From Acidimicrobiia bacterium (lineage in GTDB: Bacteria; Actinomycetota; Acidimicrobiia; Spongiisociales; ZC4RG35): a stretch of 64,000 nt of DNA. This document shows positions 9,198-19,684 of this stretch, in pieces. The first letter of the stretch is position 1; every line of letters starts with the position of its first letter. A program made the position numbers and the translations under genes. The DNA is taken from the NCBI GenBank assembly GCA_012270885.1, contig JAAXHN010000002.1:26590-90589 (forward strand), given 5' to 3'. The notes beneath the pieces are model-generated. The model was not told the origin of the DNA and did not search any database. It was given only the letters and a program-made list of their open reading frames with translations.

Positions 9198-9641
9198 TCA
9201 TAGGACCGCCGCGTCGTCCAGGTCAGCCACCCGATCGGCTATCTCTCCGGGGGACAAATCGCTGTCCACGGTGGCTCGTTCTGACACCTGAGCTTCGGGG
9301 ACCGGGTGGTTGGCCACCCAGATCACCCTCCTTGCTCCCGCCTCGGCGACCGCCTGGGCCCACTGGGTGAAGAGTTCGCCGGCGTCGGCCGCAAAGGAGA
9401 TCTCCCGTCCGTCCCTGCCGGCATCGCACACCAGGACTACGGTGTGACACCGGAGACATGCGGCGGAGACGTGTGAGGTGTCCGAGACATCACCCACGGC
9501 CACCTTGACCCCTGCCTCCTTGAGGAGCACTCCGACGGAAGGATCGGAGACGAACGCCCGCACCTCCCGGTCGGGGTCGATCAATTCTCCTATGATTACT
9601 TCCCCCACCGGGGTGTCGGCGCCCACCACTATTACCGGCAC
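9198..9641 (-). CDS. small NAD(P)-binding Rossmann-fold protein (NmrA/SDR-like, short)
   Basis: 147 aa with a Rossmann motif (VIVVGADTPVGEVIIGEL). GTG start. Confidence 0.5.
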   Translation of the reverse strand: MPVIVVGADTPVGEVIIGELIDPDREVRAFVSDPSVGVLLKEAGVKVAVGDVSDTSHVSAACLRCHTVVLVCDAGRDGREISFAADAGELFTQWAQAVAEAGARRVIWVANHPVPEAQVSERATVDSDLSPGEIADRVADLDDAAVL

Positions 9642-9729
9642 CGGATCCCGGTCCCTTGTGACAGTTCTTCCGGCGGGTCACGCCGGCTGAGAGAGTTATT
9701 GAAACAGGCGATTTCCGGTAGGTTAATGT

Positions 9730-12700
9730 TTGTTACCGGGGGATCATGTGCAGCCTTCAGACCTGATAAAAGACCTTGCGGCTCGTTTTCATCACGATGC
9801 CTGTGGAGTGGGGTTGATCGCTGCCCGAGACCGCCGGCCGTCCCATCGTATGACCAGGCTTGCCGTGGAGTGCCTGATCCGCTTGGACCATCGAGGAGCC
9901 AAGGTTGCCGATGGCACCGGAGACGGCGCCGGCCTTCTCACCCAGATACCGCACCGGCTGCTGTCCAGGTACCTTCGAAGCGTGGGAGTCGCTCCTCCTG
10001 ACCGGTTGGGAGTCGTGATGGCTTTCCTTCCCGCCGAAGATCCCCGGGCAGGCGAAAAGGTTGTAACCGAGGCCCTGTCGACCGAGGGCATCCCTCTCCT
10101 GGCGTGGCGTTCCGTTCCCACCGATCCCCAAGCGCTCAGCAACCGCGCTGGCAAGCTTATGCCGGTGATACGCCAGGCTTTGGTGGGGGTACCGGACACT
10201 CTCGATTTCGAGGAATTCGAGCGCCTGATGTTGCTGGCGAGAAAACGCATGGAGAGGGCCGGGGAGAGCCTGGCTTCTTTCTCCATTCCCAGCGCATCGG
10301 CCCGGACCGTGGTCTACAAGGGCCTCTTCACCGCGGCGCGCATAGCCGACTTCTACTGGGACCTGAATGATCCCGACTACCACACCGCTTTTGCCGTCTT
10401 CCACCAGCGCTTTTCGACCAATACCTTCCCTGCATGGGAGATCGCCCAGCCTTTCCGGTGTCTCGCCCACAACGGCGAGATCAACACCATAGCGGCTAAC
10501 CGGAGTTGGATGAAGGCTCGGGAACAACGCGTGGCTTCGACCGTCTGGGGAGAACGGACCAAAGACCTGCAACCCTTCGTACAGCCAGGGCTCTCGGATT
10601 CCGCCAGCTTGGACAACGTCTTCGAGTTACTGCTCCGCACCGGCAGGTCTCTGCCCCACATCAAGGAGATGCTCATCCAGCCAGCTTGGGAGAGTGCCCC
10701 CACCCTTGATCCGAAGTCCCAGGACTTCTATGAGTACCACTCTTCCCTGACCGAGCCGTGGGACGGTCCAGCCGCGCTGGCGGTCACCGACGGGGTGTCG
10801 CTGCTCGCAGCCATGGACCGGAATGGTCTACGACCCGCCCGCTGGACAATCACCCCCTCGATGCTGATAGTGGCCTCGGAGGCCGGAGTGTGCCCGTCGG
10901 AGGAGGTGTGGGCTGAGCAGACCGGTCAGTTGGGCCCGGGTGAGATGGTGCTCTTCGACGGTGAGACCGGCGAAATACGGTTCAGCGATCAAATACGTCC
11001 GGAATTGTGCCGTCTCCGGCCTTATAGGGAGTGGATGGAACACCAAACCCTCTACATACAGAAGCCATTCTCCGCTGAGGTGCGTTTCGAGATAGAGCGT
11101 GACAGGCTGTGCCGTGTGTTCGGCTATACGGCCGAGGAGCGCCGGCTGATCCTGGCCGAGATGGCCCTGGGCAAGAGCCCTCTCGGTTCGATGGGAAGCG
11201 ACACCCCCCTGGCGGCCTTTTCCGGGCGGCCCCGACGGCTTGCCCACTACTTTCACCAGCAATTTGCCCAGGTGACCAATCCTCCCATGGATCCCATCCG
11301 GGAACAGTCGGTGATGTCGCTGCGAACCTACCTCGGAGGAAGGGGATCGTTCCTGGAGGACAGTTACCGGCCCTATGCCAGGATGGAACTCCTCTCGCCG
11401 GTCCTTTCCCTCGCCGAACTGGAGACGGTGGTGAGGTCGGGAGACCCGCGTTTCTTTTCCCACTGGATTCCCTGCGTGTGGCCGGTCGTGAAAGGTCGAG
11501 AGGGGATGAAACGCCGCCTCGATCAGATATGTGAGGAGGCGGTGGAAGCCACCGAACAGGGCGCCTCGATCATCGTGCTTTCCGACCGGGAGGTCGACGG
11601 CGCACATGCGCCCGTTCCCATGCTGCTGGCGGTGGGGGCGGTTCACCAGCGTCTGATAGAGAGCGGGCTGAGGGTATCGGTCTCCATAGTCGCCGTCTCG
11701 GGGGAGACGCGGGACTCCCACGACCTGGCCTGTTTGATCGGCTACGGCGCCTCGGCCGTGAATCCCTATCTGGCGATCCGGGAAGTCATGCACATGGCCC
11801 AGGAGGGAGTCTTGAAGGTCCACCCTGTGGAGGCCCAGGAGAACTACCGGAACGCCCTCCAGAACGGCCTTCTGAAAGTCATGTCCAAGATGGGAATCTG
11901 CACGGTCTCGGCATACAGGGGGAGCGAGTTGTTCGAGGCCCTGGGGCTTGAACCGGAGGTGCTGGACTATGCCTTTCCCAACACTTCCAGCAGGCTGTCC
12001 GGCCGGGGTTTCGATCACCTGGCCTGGAACACACTCCGGTTGCATTCGCTCTACTCGGCAGGTGACGAGGAGCCGGGCGGCTTTTACAAGCAACGCGGTG
12101 GGGGAGAGTTCCACGTAACCAGTCCCAGGGTGGTCCTGGCCCTGCACAGGGCGGCCCGGTCCGGGGACCAGGACGACTGGGACCGCTATCTGGAGACGAT
12201 CCAGCAACGGCCCGTAACCCACATCCGCGATCTGTGCACCTTCGTGGAGAGGACCCCGGTTCTGTTGTCGGAAGTCGAGCCGGCCGAGTCAATCATGCGC
12301 CGCTTCGTCACGTCGGCGATGTCTCATGGAGCCCTCTCCAAGGAAGCACACGAAGCTCTGGCCGAAGCCATGAACCGGATCGGGGGCCACTCCAACTCCG
12401 GGGAGGGAGGGGAGGGTACCGACCGCTACGGGACCCCCCGCAACTCCTCCATAAAGCAAGTGGCGAGCGGACGGTTCGGGGTTACTCCCGGCTACCTCTA
12501 CTCGGCTAGGGAGTTGCAGATCAAGATGGCACAGGGTTCCAAGCCTGGGGAGGGTGGCCAGTTGCCCGGGCACAAGGTCTCCCCGGAGATCGCCCGGCTG
12601 CGTCACACCAAACCGGGAGTGACTCTCATCTCCCCGCCCCCGCATCATGACATCTATTCGATTGAGGACTTGGCCCAGCTCATCTATGACCTCAAGACCT

Positions 12701-14139
12701 TCAAGCCGTCGGCCAGAGTCTCGGTCAAGCTGGTCTCCGAACCGGGAGTGGGAACCATTGCGGCGGGAGTGGTGAAAGCCAGGGCCGATGTGATCCTCAT
12801 CTCCGGGATGGAAGGGGGCACCGGAGCCTCGCCTCTCGAGTCGATCAAACACGCCGGATCGCCTTGGGAGTTGGGTCTGGCCGAGGCTCATCAGACCCTG
12901 TCCATCAACGGGTTGCGGGGAGAGGTGGAGCTTGAGACCGACGGAGGACTGCGCACCGGTCGGGATGTGGTAGTAGCAGCCCTGTTGGGAGCCGACCGTT
13001 TCGGGTTTGGGACCCTGCCCCTACTGGCGTTGGGATGCAAGATGGTCCGCCAGTGCCATCTCAACACCTGTCCGGTGGGCATAACCACCCAGCGGGAAGA
13101 TCTCCGAGCCCGGTACGCAGGGGAGGTGGAACAGGTGGTGTCGGTCTTCCGGATGCTGGCCGAGGAGGTGAGACGTTACCTGGCGCTCCTGGGCGCCAGA
13201 TCCCTGGAGGAGGTGGTGGGCAGAGCCGACCTGCTGGCGCCTGTGGACCATCCACTTGCAGCGAGCCTGGCGGAGTTATTGGTCCGATTCGACTCACGCT
13301 CCCGCCACCCCGGGTATCGGCCCTTCGCGGTCTCCAAGCTGTCGCGGCGGCTGGCCGCCGAGGCAGAGGAGGCGATCGAGGGAGAAGTCCCCATCCGGCT
13401 GTCCTACCCGGTTTCCAACACGGACCGCACCGTCGGAGCCCGGTTGTCGGGATTGGTTACTGCCCGGTACGGCGCCGAGGGTCTTCCGGAGGGCTCGGTT
13501 TCGGTGATGCTGTCCGGTACGGCGGGACAGAGCTTTGGCGCGTGGCTGGCCCCGGGTATCTCCCTTCGTTTGGACGGCGTCGCCAATGACTACGTGGGAA
13601 AGGGCATGGGAGGAGGACGGATAGTGGTGGTTCCTCGCCGGAACGCCGACGACCCGGAGGTCTCTCCCCAAGCCGGCGGCAACGCCGTGATGTACGGCGC
13701 CACAGGGGGCCTCCTGCTCATGTCGGGGGCGGTGGGCCAGCGGTTCGCTGTGCGCAACTCGGGAGGGACGGCGGTGGTGGAAGGGTGTTCGGACCACGGA
13801 TGCGAGTACATGACGGGCGGGAGGACGTTGATCCTGGGTCCGGTGGGCGCCAACTTCGCAGCAGGTATGACCGGCGGAGTGAGCTACGTATGGGACCCTG
13901 AGTTCCGCCTGCACGGTTATCTGGCCGATACCTCGCCGGCTGTGCGACGGCCGACCGGCCAGGACGCAGAAGAGATCCGTCGCCTGGTGAGCCTGCATCT
14001 CCAGCACACCCAGAGTCCTTTTGCGGAGAGGATTCTGAGTGCCTGGTCCCGGGAGGCGCCTAGGTTTTGGGTGCTGGAGGCCGCTCGACGGGTACCGCTG
14101 ACGCCGATCCTTCCCTTAACTGCTTCGACCGCCCATTAA
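9730..14139 (+). CDS. gltB: glutamate synthase large subunit (GltB/GlsF-type); no adjacent small subunit
   Basis: 1469 aa. Ntn-amidotransferase Cys (HHDACGVGLIA), the FMN/Fe-S domain and a C-terminal GXGXG region. Start is TTG 9730 or GTG 9748. Confidence 0.9.
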   Translation: MLPGDHVQPSDLIKDLAARFHHDACGVGLIAARDRRPSHRMTRLAVECLIRLDHRGAKVADGTGDGAGLLTQIPHRLLSRYLRSVGVAPPDRLGVVMAFLPAEDPRAGEKVVTEALSTEGIPLLAWRSVPTDPQALSNRAGKLMPVIRQALVGVPDTLDFEEFERLMLLARKRMERAGESLASFSIPSASARTVVYKGLFTAARIADFYWDLNDPDYHTAFAVFHQRFSTNTFPAWEIAQPFRCLAHNGEINTIAANRSWMKAREQRVASTVWGERTKDLQPFVQPGLSDSASLDNVFELLLRTGRSLPHIKEMLIQPAWESAPTLDPKSQDFYEYHSSLTEPWDGPAALAVTDGVSLLAAMDRNGLRPARWTITPSMLIVASEAGVCPSEEVWAEQTGQLGPGEMVLFDGETGEIRFSDQIRPELCRLRPYREWMEHQTLYIQKPFSAEVRFEIERDRLCRVFGYTAEERRLILAEMALGKSPLGSMGSDTPLAAFSGRPRRLAHYFHQQFAQVTNPPMDPIREQSVMSLRTYLGGRGSFLEDSYRPYARMELLSPVLSLAELETVVRSGDPRFFSHWIPCVWPVVKGREGMKRRLDQICEEAVEATEQGASIIVLSDREVDGAHAPVPMLLAVGAVHQRLIESGLRVSVSIVAVSGETRDSHDLACLIGYGASAVNPYLAIREVMHMAQEGVLKVHPVEAQENYRNALQNGLLKVMSKMGICTVSAYRGSELFEALGLEPEVLDYAFPNTSSRLSGRGFDHLAWNTLRLHSLYSAGDEEPGGFYKQRGGGEFHVTSPRVVLALHRAARSGDQDDWDRYLETIQQRPVTHIRDLCTFVERTPVLLSEVEPAESIMRRFVTSAMSHGALSKEAHEALAEAMNRIGGHSNSGEGGEGTDRYGTPRNSSIKQVASGRFGVTPGYLYSARELQIKMAQGSKPGEGGQLPGHKVSPEIARLRHTKPGVTLISPPPHHDIYSIEDLAQLIYDLKTFKPSARVSVKLVSEPGVGTIAAGVVKARADVILISGMEGGTGASPLESIKHAGSPWELGLAEAHQTLSINGLRGEVELETDGGLRTGRDVVVAALLGADRFGFGTLPLLALGCKMVRQCHLNTCPVGITTQREDLRARYAGEVEQVVSVFRMLAEEVRRYLALLGARSLEEVVGRADLLAPVDHPLAASLAELLVRFDSRSRHPGYRPFAVSKLSRRLAAEAEEAIEGEVPIRLSYPVSNTDRTVGARLSGLVTARYGAEGLPEGSVSVMLSGTAGQSFGAWLAPGISLRLDGVANDYVGKGMGGGRIVVVPRRNADDPEVSPQAGGNAVMYGATGGLLLMSGAVGQRFAVRNSGGTAVVEGCSDHGCEYMTGGRTLILGPVGANFAAGMTGGVSYVWDPEFRLHGYLADTSPAVRRPTGQDAEEIRRLVSLHLQHTQSPFAERILSAWSREAPRFWVLEAARRVPLTPILPLTASTAH

Positions 14140-14214
14140 AATAGCCAACCTGGATGTGCTTTTTCTGACGGCTGTTACCATTGGGACCAACGGTCTAGCG
14201 CAATAAAGAGGTGA

Positions 14215-15630
14215 GTGGTGGCAACCGTTGATATCGATCTTGGCGCCTACAAGCTGGGATGGCGCGATTCGGAGGACGACTACGTCTTCAAGCCGCAGAA
14301 GGGGCTATCAGAAGAGATAATCCGGCAGATGTCGGCCATGAAGGAGGAACCGGAGTGGATGCTCTCTTTCCGGCTCCGCGCTTACAAGCGGTTCCTGGCC
14401 AGACCCATTCCCACTTGGGGCGGGGGCGGGTTGCTCAACGACATCGACTTTGACGACATCTACTACTACGTCAAACCCACCGAGGAGCAGGCTCACACCT
14501 GGGACATGGTCCCTGATGAGATCAAGGACACCTATGAAAAGTTGGGCATCCCCGAAGCGGAACGCAAATTCCTGGCCGGGGTAACCGCCCAGTACGAATC
14601 CGAGGTCGTGTATCATCGCAATCGGGAGGATCTCGAGGAAATGGGGGTGCTGTTCTGCGACATGGACACCGCAGTGCGGGAGTATCCCCACCTGGTCAAG
14701 AAATACTTCGGGACTGTGATCCCCCCCAACGACAACAAGTTTGCCGCCCTCAACTCGGCGGTCTGGTCGGGCGGCTCTTTCATCTATGTACCGCCCGGCG
14801 TGCATGTCGAGCAGCCCCTTCAGGCCTACTTCCGGATCAACTCCGAGAACATGGGCCAGTTCGAACGCACCTTGATCATCGTTGACGAGGGCGCTTACTG
14901 CCACTACGTGGAAGGTTGCTCGGCGCCTGTCTACACCACCGACTCCCTCCATTCGGCGGTGGTGGAGATCATTGTCCAAAGAGGCGGCCGCTGCCGTTAC
15001 ACCACTATCCAGAACTGGTCGAACAACGTCTTCAACCTGGTCACCAAGCGGGCGGCCGCTTACGGTGACGCAACCATGGAGTGGGTGGACGGGAACATCG
15101 GCTCCAAGCTCACTATGAAGTATCCGTCGGTGTGGCTGATGGAGCCGGGAGCTCACGGAGAGGTGTTGTCAATCGCCTTCGCCAACTCCGGACAGCACCA
15201 GGATGCCGGGGCCAAGATGGTCCATGTGGCTCCCGACACCACATCCACCATTGTCTCGAAGTCCATTTCCCGGGCGGGGGGTCGAGCGGGATACCGGGGC
15301 CTGGTGAGAGTCGAGCCTGGGGCGGAGCGGTCCAAGAGCTTCGTCCGCTGCGACGCCTTGATTCTCGATGAGGACTCCCGGTCCGACACCTATCCCTACA
15401 TGGAGATCGAGGAGAACGATGCCGAGATCGGCCATGAGGCCACCGTTTCCAAGGTGGGGGAGGAGCAACTCTTCTACCTGATGAGCCGGGGTCTCACCGA
15501 AGATCAGGCCACGTCCATGGTGGTGGCCGGGTTCATCGAGCCCATCGTAAAGGAATTGCCCATGGAGTACGCGGTGGAGATGAACCGGCTCATCGAGTTG
15601 AACATGGCCGAGGCAGGCGCGATCGGCTGA
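14215..15630 (+). CDS. sufB: Fe-S cluster assembly protein SufB
   Basis: 471 aa and full-length SufB. GTG start with an AAAGAGG SD. Confidence 0.95.
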   Translation: MVATVDIDLGAYKLGWRDSEDDYVFKPQKGLSEEIIRQMSAMKEEPEWMLSFRLRAYKRFLARPIPTWGGGGLLNDIDFDDIYYYVKPTEEQAHTWDMVPDEIKDTYEKLGIPEAERKFLAGVTAQYESEVVYHRNREDLEEMGVLFCDMDTAVREYPHLVKKYFGTVIPPNDNKFAALNSAVWSGGSFIYVPPGVHVEQPLQAYFRINSENMGQFERTLIIVDEGAYCHYVEGCSAPVYTTDSLHSAVVEIIVQRGGRCRYTTIQNWSNNVFNLVTKRAAAYGDATMEWVDGNIGSKLTMKYPSVWLMEPGAHGEVLSIAFANSGQHQDAGAKMVHVAPDTTSTIVSKSISRAGGRAGYRGLVRVEPGAERSKSFVRCDALILDEDSRSDTYPYMEIEENDAEIGHEATVSKVGEEQLFYLMSRGLTEDQATSMVVAGFIEPIVKELPMEYAVEMNRLIELNMAEAGAIG

Positions 15631-15941
15631 GTCGTCCCGGCGGGGTCCGGGTTCACGAAGGGGTTCCCTGGCGGGGAAATCACCGAGGAGCGATGCCCGC
15701 TTATCAAGGTGAGCACGGCCACGAACAGGGCTGCGCCGATTATCGCCCACACCACGGGGAATCCCTCGATCTCCCAGATGGTCGGCCAACCCAGGAGATC
15801 TGCCAACCACATACCGAGTAGGGAGCCGACCCAACCCAGGGCCATCGAGGCCCAGCAACCCGTGGAACGTCTGCCGGCCAGCCGGGCGCCGATACCCCCG
15901 GCCAGAGCGGCTATCAACACTGACAGCAGGAAACCGAACAT
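15504..15941 (-). CDS. GlsB/YeaQ/YmgE-family (transglycosylase-associated) small membrane protein with extended C-terminal tail
   Basis: ATG at 15941 ([16 protein letters not shown]...). Two Gly-rich transmembrane helices typical of the family. The ORF runs to 15504, overlapping the sufB 3' end by 127 nt in convergent orientation. Confidence 0.6.
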   Translation of the reverse strand: MFGFLLSVLIAALAGGIGARLAGRRSTGCWASMALGWVGSLLGMWLADLLGWPTIWEIEGFPVVWAIIGAALFVAVLTLISGHRSSVISPPGNPFVNPDPAGTTQPIAPASAMFNSMSRFISTAYSMGNSFTMGSMNPATTMDVA

Positions 15942-15983
15942 GGGGACATACCTTAGGGAAATACCTAATCTCGGTTGTCGGAC

Positions 15984-17471
15984 ATGTCGTGGCGCAGACT
16001 CTGGGCACGCAGGGTTTTGACCCTGGTCACCATCGGATGGGTGTTTTGGATGGGTTGGTTGACCTTTCGCGACGATCAACCTTTCACCCTCTACGCGTTG
16101 GATGGGCATGGTCGGCCCATGGGAGATGTGACGGTTATCCAGGGCGGCCAGGTGGTGGGGATCACCGACCTGGATGGGGCAGTGGAACTGGAGTGGGTCT
16201 CGGATGGCCGCCGCTACGTGCTGGTATCACCCGGCCACCTGCAAAAGACGGTTACGGTTGCCGGCCCGGCCCAGGAATCGATGACAGTTCACCTCAAGCC
16301 GAGAACTCTGCGGGGAAGGGTCACCGACCTGGGCCAGATTCCTGTCGAGGGAGCGCTGGTGAGTTCCGGACCGGTCAGCACGGTCACGGATCCCGATGGG
16401 AGCTTCCTGCTGGAAGGAGTGGAACAGGGCGAGGTGAGGGTGACCCGACCCGCCTGGGTGGAGGCCCAATACGAGTGGGACGGGGGCCCGGGAGACGCGG
16501 AGGTGATCATCGCTCCCCTGGTGGTGAAGGCCGTGCACGTTTCAGGGAAAGCGGCAGGGGATCGTCAGCAATGGGACGCCATGGTCAGGCTGGTGGATGA
16601 GACCGAACTGAACGGGGTGATGTTGGACCTGAAGGACGAGACAGGATTGATCTTCTACAACTCCCAGGTCGACGTGGCCCGGGAGGTGGGCGCCGTGTAT
16701 CCCGAGTACGACCTGGCCGGCATCGCCGACTCCCTGGACAGGAGGGGCATATACCTGATCGGGAGGATCGTGGCTTTCCAGGATCCCATCGCCAGCGTCA
16801 ATCGTCCCACCATGGCGGTGTGGGACGCTTATTACGACCGGCCCTACCAGCAGGGCCATCAATACTTCTTGGATCCCACGGACCACAACGCCCGCGCATA
16901 TGCGCTGGAGCTGGCGGTGGAAGCGTGTGTCTTGGGGGTGGATGAGATCCAGTTCGACTACATTCGATTCCCAGACTCCCGCCGTCCCTCCGCCACCTTT
17001 GACGGACCGATTGATCAGGACTCCCGAGTGGCCACCATCACTTCGTTTCTGGAGGAGGCCCGCGCCCTGCTGTGGCCGATGGGATGCGCGGTGGCCGCCG
17101 ACATCTTCGGATTCTTGACGACGGTTCCCGATGACGGCGGCATCGGCCAGCAGTGGGAGAAGATCACCGAGACCCTGGACGTTGTTTCGCCCATGTTGTA
17201 CCCCAGCCATTATGACAGCGGATGGTTCGGCTTCGAGCGGCCCAACAACCACCCCGGTGAGGTGGTCAACCAGGCTCTGGCGGATGCCGTTGCCCGAGTG
17301 CATACCGGGGTGGTGATCCGCCCCTGGCTACAGGACTTCGGACACCGGGATTCCCAGGTGCGCTCATCGATCGACGCCGCAGAGAGGTTTGATCTGGGCT
17401 GGATGCTGTGGAACCCGGTCAGCGATGTCTCGGTGGGGGCGCTGAGAACCGATGACGCCATCGGCGGCTGA
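15984..17471 (+). CDS. membrane-anchored putative glycoside hydrolase-like (GHL/DUF4015 TIM-barrel) protein with CarboxypepD_reg-like repeats
   Basis: N-terminal transmembrane helix, two PDGSF-type beta-sandwich repeats and a GHL-domain region. ATG at 15984; the TTG at 15975 in the ORF track is an alternative start. Confidence 0.7.
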   Translation: MSWRRLWARRVLTLVTIGWVFWMGWLTFRDDQPFTLYALDGHGRPMGDVTVIQGGQVVGITDLDGAVELEWVSDGRRYVLVSPGHLQKTVTVAGPAQESMTVHLKPRTLRGRVTDLGQIPVEGALVSSGPVSTVTDPDGSFLLEGVEQGEVRVTRPAWVEAQYEWDGGPGDAEVIIAPLVVKAVHVSGKAAGDRQQWDAMVRLVDETELNGVMLDLKDETGLIFYNSQVDVAREVGAVYPEYDLAGIADSLDRRGIYLIGRIVAFQDPIASVNRPTMAVWDAYYDRPYQQGHQYFLDPTDHNARAYALELAVEACVLGVDEIQFDYIRFPDSRRPSATFDGPIDQDSRVATITSFLEEARALLWPMGCAVAADIFGFLTTVPDDGGIGQQWEKITETLDVVSPMLYPSHYDSGWFGFERPNNHPGEVVNQALADAVARVHTGVVIRPWLQDFGHRDSQVRSSIDAAERFDLGWMLWNPVSDVSVGALRTDDAIGG

Positions 17472-17546
17472 AATGCGAGGCCGGGGGTCGGTGCCCACCT
17501 TCGAAGACGCCCGGGAACGGACCGGCAGTGAAGAGGGGGCGGCGGG

Positions 17547-18497
17547 GTGACCGGTTCTGGACCCGAGGGAATTCCCACCGAAGCGCCTGCCGAGGTGATC
17601 GCCTTCAACAAGGCGCTGGAACTGGAAACCCTCCATCTCCCCAAGATCTGTGAAGTAGGGCCCGAGGTGGCCCGACAGGCGCGAGAAGAGGGGAAATCGG
17701 TGTTCGGGCCCTTGGTCTTCTCAGAGCGAGCTATCGAAAGGAGAGTGACCGGGCGGTCCGGACCGCTCCGTTTCCGGGTCATACCCCCTTCCGGCAGAGC
17801 TCGGGGGATTTTCCTTCACATCCACGGCGGGGGATGGGTCCTGGGCGGCGCCCATCACCATGACCCGATGTTGGAGCGGTTGGCCGACGCCACCGGACTC
17901 ATCGTGGTCTCCGCCTACTACCGCCTGGCTCCCGAACACCCCTATCCGGCCGGACCGGACGACTGCGAGGCCGTGGCTCTCTGGCTGTTCCGGAATGCCA
18001 TGGAGTATTTTGGAACGGAACTGGTGGCGATCGGGGGAGAGTCGGCGGGGGCCCACCTGGCCGCCGTTACCTGCCTCCGTCTACGAGACCGTCACGGGCT
18101 CAGCCCATTTCGGGCGGCTCTCCTCACTTACGGCGCATACGATCTGCGGGGTACCCCATCGGTACGGGAAGCGGGGGAGGAGACCCTGATACTGACCACC
18201 AAGGTCATCCGGTGGTTCACCGAGCAACTCGCCGGATCCCAGGACCTGTCCGACCCTGATATCTCGCCGATTCTCGCAGACCTGCACCGAATGCCTCCGG
18301 CATTGTTCACCGTGGGGACCATCGATCCGCTCTACGACGACTCCGTCCTCATGTTCAGCCGGTGGCGTGAAGCCGGCAACCGTGCCGAACTGGATGTTTG
18401 GCCGGAGGGAATCCATGCTTTCGACTACTTCGACAACGACTACGGCCGGGCGGCTCGGGACCGGATGCACGGCTTCTTGAACAGGATTCTTGGCTGA
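17547..18497 (+). CDS. alpha/beta-hydrolase fold-3 esterase/lipase
   Basis: HGGGW oxyanion motif (LHIHGGGWVLGG) and GESAGA nucleophile elbow. GTG start with a GAGGGGG SD. Confidence 0.8.
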   Translation: MTGSGPEGIPTEAPAEVIAFNKALELETLHLPKICEVGPEVARQAREEGKSVFGPLVFSERAIERRVTGRSGPLRFRVIPPSGRARGIFLHIHGGGWVLGGAHHHDPMLERLADATGLIVVSAYYRLAPEHPYPAGPDDCEAVALWLFRNAMEYFGTELVAIGGESAGAHLAAVTCLRLRDRHGLSPFRAALLTYGAYDLRGTPSVREAGEETLILTTKVIRWFTEQLAGSQDLSDPDISPILADLHRMPPALFTVGTIDPLYDDSVLMFSRWREAGNRAELDVWPEGIHAFDYFDNDYGRAARDRMHGFLNRILG

Positions 18498-18539
18498 CTT
18501 CCCTGCTCTAGTATCGGGTAGGAGTCGCGCGAACAGAGG

Positions 18540-19601
18540 ATGACGACGATGGATCTCTTGAGTGGAGTAAAAGCACGGACGGTCAGCACTGATCGCCTCG
18601 AGACCTTCGTGTACGAATCGGGTCCTGAAGATGGCATTCCGGTGGTGATGATCCACGGCAATCTGTCGACCGGACGCTTCTATGAACACCTGTGGCCCCA
18701 AGCCCCTGATCGCTACAGATTCATAGCGCCGGACATGCGCTCTTTTGGCCGTTCGGAACCCAAGCCCATCGACGCAACCCGGGGTCTGCGGGATTGGGCG
18801 GACGACACCTACGCCCTGGTACAGGTCCTCGGCATCGACCGTCCGGTCCATCTGGTGGGTTGGTCGACCGGAGGCTCGGCGATCGCCGCCTACGCCATGG
18901 ACCGGGAGGTGGCCTCCCTGACCATGATCGATCCGGTGTCTCCGTTCGGATTCGGCGCTTGTCACCGGGATGGCACTCCCTGCTATCCCGACTGGGCAGG
19001 CTCCGGCGGGGGGACCGGAAACCCTGATTTCACGGCCCGTCTGGCGGCTGGAGACCGGTCGACGGCGGACATGGTGTCTCCTCGTAACGTCATGAATTCC
19101 TCCTACTGGGCTCCCACTCATCGCGAGTCCCCGGAGAGAGAAGAAACCCTGTTGGAGGAGGTGCTGCTGTCGGTCACCGGTGACGACGGCTACCCGGGGG
19201 ATTTAGCTCCTTCCGAGAACTGGCCGGGAGTAGCCCCGGGCACCCGGGGGATTCTCAACGCGCTCTCCGGCAAATACAGCGATTGGTCCGGCATTGTCGG
19301 CCTCGACCCCAAACCTCCGGTGCTTTGGACTCATGGCTCCGCCGACATAGTGGTCGCCGATGGTTCAGCCTGGGAGATGGGGACGCTTGGCCAAGCCGAA
19401 TTCGTACCGGGCTGGCCGGGCGCAGAGGTGTTTCCCCCGCAGTTGATGGTGACCCAGATACGGGATGTACTGGAGCGGTACCGGGCGGTGGGCGGCCGGG
19501 TGGTCATGGAGATGTTCGAAGGGTCGGGCCACGGACCTCAATTCGACGCCGCCGAGGCATGGTCGGAAGTCTTCTTCGACTTCCTGGCGTCCGTGGAGTA
19601 G
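18540..19601 (+). CDS. alpha/beta-fold hydrolase
   Basis: 353 aa with HGNLSTGRFYEH and a GWSTGG (GxSxG) nucleophile elbow. Confidence 0.75.
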   Translation: MTTMDLLSGVKARTVSTDRLETFVYESGPEDGIPVVMIHGNLSTGRFYEHLWPQAPDRYRFIAPDMRSFGRSEPKPIDATRGLRDWADDTYALVQVLGIDRPVHLVGWSTGGSAIAAYAMDREVASLTMIDPVSPFGFGACHRDGTPCYPDWAGSGGGTGNPDFTARLAAGDRSTADMVSPRNVMNSSYWAPTHRESPEREETLLEEVLLSVTGDDGYPGDLAPSENWPGVAPGTRGILNALSGKYSDWSGIVGLDPKPPVLWTHGSADIVVADGSAWEMGTLGQAEFVPGWPGAEVFPPQLMVTQIRDVLERYRAVGGRVVMEMFEGSGHGPQFDAAEAWSEVFFDFLASVE

Positions 19602-19684
19602 CCGATCCTTCCCGAGACCGACCTCCGCCCCGTGGGTCGGCCAGGACTTGTACCCTGCGGTGAGACTGACCCGGGACGATTGCC

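Noticed and set aside
10828-12222. 464-aa ORF antisense to gltB, plus several others over the same gene (9757-10572, 12289-12891, 13294-14007)
   Set aside because: They are fully embedded in the opposite strand of a clearly genuine, conserved glutamate synthase gene. The products are Pro/Arg/Gly-rich with no motifs. This is the usual high-GC antisense open-frame artefact.
15709-16020. 103-aa plus-strand ORF
   Set aside because: It is antisense to the GlsB-family membrane protein, Pro/Arg-rich with no motifs, and its end overlaps the GHL gene start.
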